Origin: Nemertoderma westbladi
Taxonomy: Eukaryota; Animalia; Xenacoelomorpha
Assembly: GCA_032718475.1 (NCBI GenBank)
Contig: JAUCBJ010003722.1
Coordinates: 1 to 53,610, forward strand
DNA: 53,610 bases
Direction of reading: 5' to 3'
In this document: positions 50,246 through 53,610 of the stretch, one piece after another
Layout of the letters: each line of letters opens with the position of its first letter
Position numbering within the stretch: the stretch's first letter is position 1
The notes under the pieces: model-generated
Told to the model about the DNA's origin: nothing
Databases searched by the model: none
The model's input: only the letters and a program-made list of their open reading frames with translations
Made by a program: the position numbers and the translations under genes

Positions 50246-51142
50246 CTGGGACCCGTGGACCGAAGAATAACTCATGGTGAATCACTGGGACCCGTGGGCC
50301 GAGGAATATCTCATGGAGAATCACTGGAACCCGTGGGCCGAGGAATATCTCATGGAGAATCACTGGGACCCGTGGGCCGAGGAATATCTCATGGAGAATC
50401 ACTGGGACCCGTGGGCCGAGGAATATCTCATGGAGAATCACTGGGACCCGTGGGCCGAGGAACATCTCATGGAGAATCACTGGGACCCGTGGGCCGAGGA
50501 ATATCTCATGGATAATCACTGGGACCCGTGGGCCGAGGAATATCTCATGGAGAATCACTGGGACCCATGGGCCGAGGAATATCTCATGGAGAATCACTGG
50601 GACCCGTGGGCCGAGGAATATCTCATGGAGAATCACTGGGACCCGTGGGCCGAGGAATATCTCATGGATAATCACTGGGACCCATGGGCCGAGGAATATC
50701 TCATGGAGAATCACTGGGACTCGTGGGCCGAGGAATATCTCATGGATAATCACTGGGACCCGTGGGCCGAGGAATATCTCATGGAGAATCACTGGGACCC
50801 ATGGGCCGAGGAATATCTCACGGAGAATCACTGGGACCCGTGGGCCGAGGAATATCTCATGGAGAATCACTGGGACCCGTGGGCCGAGGAATATCTCATG
50901 GAGAATCACTGGGACCCGTGGGCCGAGGAATATCTCATAGAGAATCACTGGGACCCGTGGGCCGAGGAATATCTCATGGAGAATCACTGGGACCCGTGGG
51001 CCGAGGAATATCTCATGGAGAATCACTGGGACCCGTGGGCCGAGGAATATCTCATGGAGAATCACTGGGACCCGTGGGCCGAGGAATATATCATGGAGAA
51101 TCACTGGGACCCGTGGGCCGAGGTATATCTCATGGAGAATCA
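50246..51142. repeat. 39-bp minisatellite, about 23 copies (GAATCACTGGGACCCGTGGGCCGAGGAATATCTCATGGA)
   Basis: Directly visible; stop-free or nearly so in three frames. Confidence 0.97.
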
Positions 51143-51494
51143 ATCCTATTCTGTTGAATCACCAGAATCGCCATTGTTTGTTATATGAGAGGAGAATCCC
51201 TCGTCTGTAAGAAACAAGTGTCTAGTTCGGCTATGGTTCTAGCCATAAAACTGTGCCTCATACGGCGTAATAGTACCTGTTATTCCATAAAGTACTATAT
51301 AACACACCCCCAATAACTATAGAATTACTATTATTATATCAGAATTTAATGTACAATATAGTAATTTTTTCAAAATTACGGAAGTATATGGATCTCTTTC
51401 CTATAGGCCTACTATAGTGTAAATCGTTACAGGAATGTAAAAGTACCGTTCAGAATGACTGTAAGATAAACTAATATCTCAACAATATGTAATA

Positions 51495-52115
51495 ACTATT
51501 TACATACTTGTGTGTAAAGTACCACTTTACATTGTGATGAACCGAGTGGCTTTGTTACACAAACGAACGTTAGTGAGTGAGTGATAATATAGCCACGAGG
51601 ATCAGTACACTGTAAAGTACTTTGCAACAAATATGTATGTAGTTTTATTCCAAAATTGTAACATTACGAAATGATTGTATATATATTATAAGTCATAGAA
51701 ACTGCACAAATTAAATTAGTTGCTGTATAAATAAATGTAAAAATGACATAAATTATGTTATAAATAAGTTAGCTTATATTTATGGTGGCGTTTGGAGCCA
51801 TTTAAATAGTTTATAGCTACTGGTTATTAATAGCTACCGGTAGGTAATGCAGTAGGACTATCTGGCTGTCAGGCAATTAATAATATATACTTTTAAATTA
51901 AATAAAATTTAAATAAATACTGTTAATATGGTAACCATGACGGCGTGATGTAAAGTCACTGCAATGGGACATTACAACATAATAATACACCAATCCAAGA
52001 CTAAATCTGCAGGCCAATAAAATACTGTAATGTCCTCTAAACTCATAAAGTGCTAAATAACAACTCGATGTTAATACTAACGACGTTGAGTAATGTTACA
52101 ATTTTGGAATAATAA
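51495..52115. mobile_element. Non-autonomous element with two asymmetric inverted-repeat pairs (possibly Crypton-like)
   Basis: Imperfect IR at about 51500-51551 / 51590-51641, then a perfect 23-bp IR TTATTCCAAAATTGTAACATTAC at 51645-51667 / 52090-52112. Confidence 0.5.
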
Positions 52116-53610
52116 CTAAAATCATTATTGATCTTCCCGTATCAGTGTACATTCTACAATAATGTACGTACAAAGGTAATTTCTGAGAAACATTCAATCG
52201 TTGGAGATGATAAGTAACAAACTCTCAACTGTGAATTGTATGCTGCCTGATATGTGTGTATACAAAAAATTGCTTTCCCTTTTCAGTTTTCAAATATAAC
52301 TTTCCCTTCTTCCTATTATCTTAAATGTTTCAATTTTTAAACCTAACAATATCATTTTAGAGACCCATAATCTGTCACGTGCAAATCTATCACAAAATGA
52401 ATATATACATAAATATACTTATAGTGTATTTATTTAGCCATTCTAGGTAATGGGTCTCTAAAATTATAAATAATTCATTTATTCTGAAATTTGTTTTACT
52501 TAGATGAATCATGAATTTAATAAAGTGACGAAGGGATTTATTGAATTATATAACAATATATATATACAATATATATATATTATAACAATTATTAAGCGCG
52601 CTAGACCAAAAATAAAATAAAGTTACCGAAAACATCCTAATTTTTTAGTTAATAATGCTATGCCTATATTATCGACAAAATTGCACCGCCACAACTCCAT
52701 AACTCCCTTTTGTAAGCTTCTGTTCTGCATGTGCTGAACCAGTGTCCTTTAAGGACTAATAACTCAGATCCAAAAATATCAAAATATTATTTTGAGTGAA
52801 CCTTACATGAAATTTTATGGGGATTTCAAATATGCAATCGGTTTGACCATACCCCCTATACTTTTTGAGTTACATGTCGATATGTTTTGCTAGTTTTAAT
52901 ACAATTTATTGGATTAAAGCCCAAAAAGAGACAATATTTTGATGTCTTTTACCCCGAAATTAGTGAAATGTGTTCCATTGCTGAACAATGATTATATTAG
53001 TTTTGGAGGGAAATTTGAAACGTATATTATTGCCTTGTTATCCTGATATGGTGATAATACCTTTGTAAATTTATTGGATACTGCGATTAGTTCACCACAC
53101 ATACCGGTATCAGTATATATTTATTCATTACACCCTACTTATCATGCCGAGACCTTCTAAAAGAAAGAAACAACGTTTGCAAGGAGGCGGAGGAGTTCTG
53201 AAGGCGACTAAGTTGGATGATCTGACAGTTGTAGCTGTAGGCCCACAGGAGAAACAACGCCAATAATAATGTAAATATAGACGGAACCGCATTAGTGTTA
53301 TTTTTTCGGCCCCGAAATTTTTTTCAATAAAATGGTAGTATATGCCATAGAAACCTCAGAAAAAAAATTTAAGCAAATTTGTCCGGAGCGTTTCCATGGA
53401 AACCGGGCAAACATAAAATGTCTAGGTTTTGCCATGAATTAATTATTTTTTGCATCTACTACCCTATTTATTTTTATCCTATTTATATTTATTTCTAGCA
53501 CAGGTAACTATAGCAACGAGGTAAAATATATTAATATATATATATTAAATATATTTAAATAAACACTGCTGTGGAAGCTAATTTTGACACTTTTATTAGT
53601 TTTATATATT

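Noticed and set aside
50223-51188. Overlapping repeat ORFs as annotated CDS (including collagen-like GESLGPVGRG)
   Set aside because: A 39-bp unit is often open in several frames by chance, there is no strict Gly-X-Y periodicity, and there is no independent coding evidence.
1-53610. Hammerhead, HDV or twister ribozymes; remaining short ORFs in the track
   Set aside because: The CTGANGA cores I noticed lack properly placed GAAA and stems by eye; an Infernal search would be decisive. Most 60-110 aa ORFs have no motifs or are antisense to TE ORFs.

Overview
AT-rich eukaryotic (animal, probably invertebrate) genomic DNA. It is not prokaryotic, and I see no rRNA, genuine tRNA or CRISPR array. The only supportable host gene is a class A neuropeptide-type GPCR on the + strand, with two GT-AG exons (45994-46254 and 47319-47840) covering TM1-TM6. 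The rest is nested, mostly decayed transposable elements. Retroelements include RTE, Jockey/I-like, CR1/L2-like and CRE-like LINEs and tRNA-derived SINEs. DNA elements include a PIF/Harbinger element with a CTG target-site duplication (TSD), hAT and Tc1/mariner MITEs, a hATx/hATm-like transposase, a possible Crypton-type element, and a large EnSpm/CACTA-type remnant (about 29-40 kb). The EnSpm remnant carries a spliced DUF4806-like second gene, one exon of which holds about 43 copies of a 72-bp (24-aa) repeat with an 864-bp higher-order period. Three minisatellites with 3n periods (21, 72 and 39 bp) appear to have expanded from transposon coding sequence, and they produce most of the long repetitive ORFs in the track. 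All family assignments are by-eye motif recognition, not database searches.
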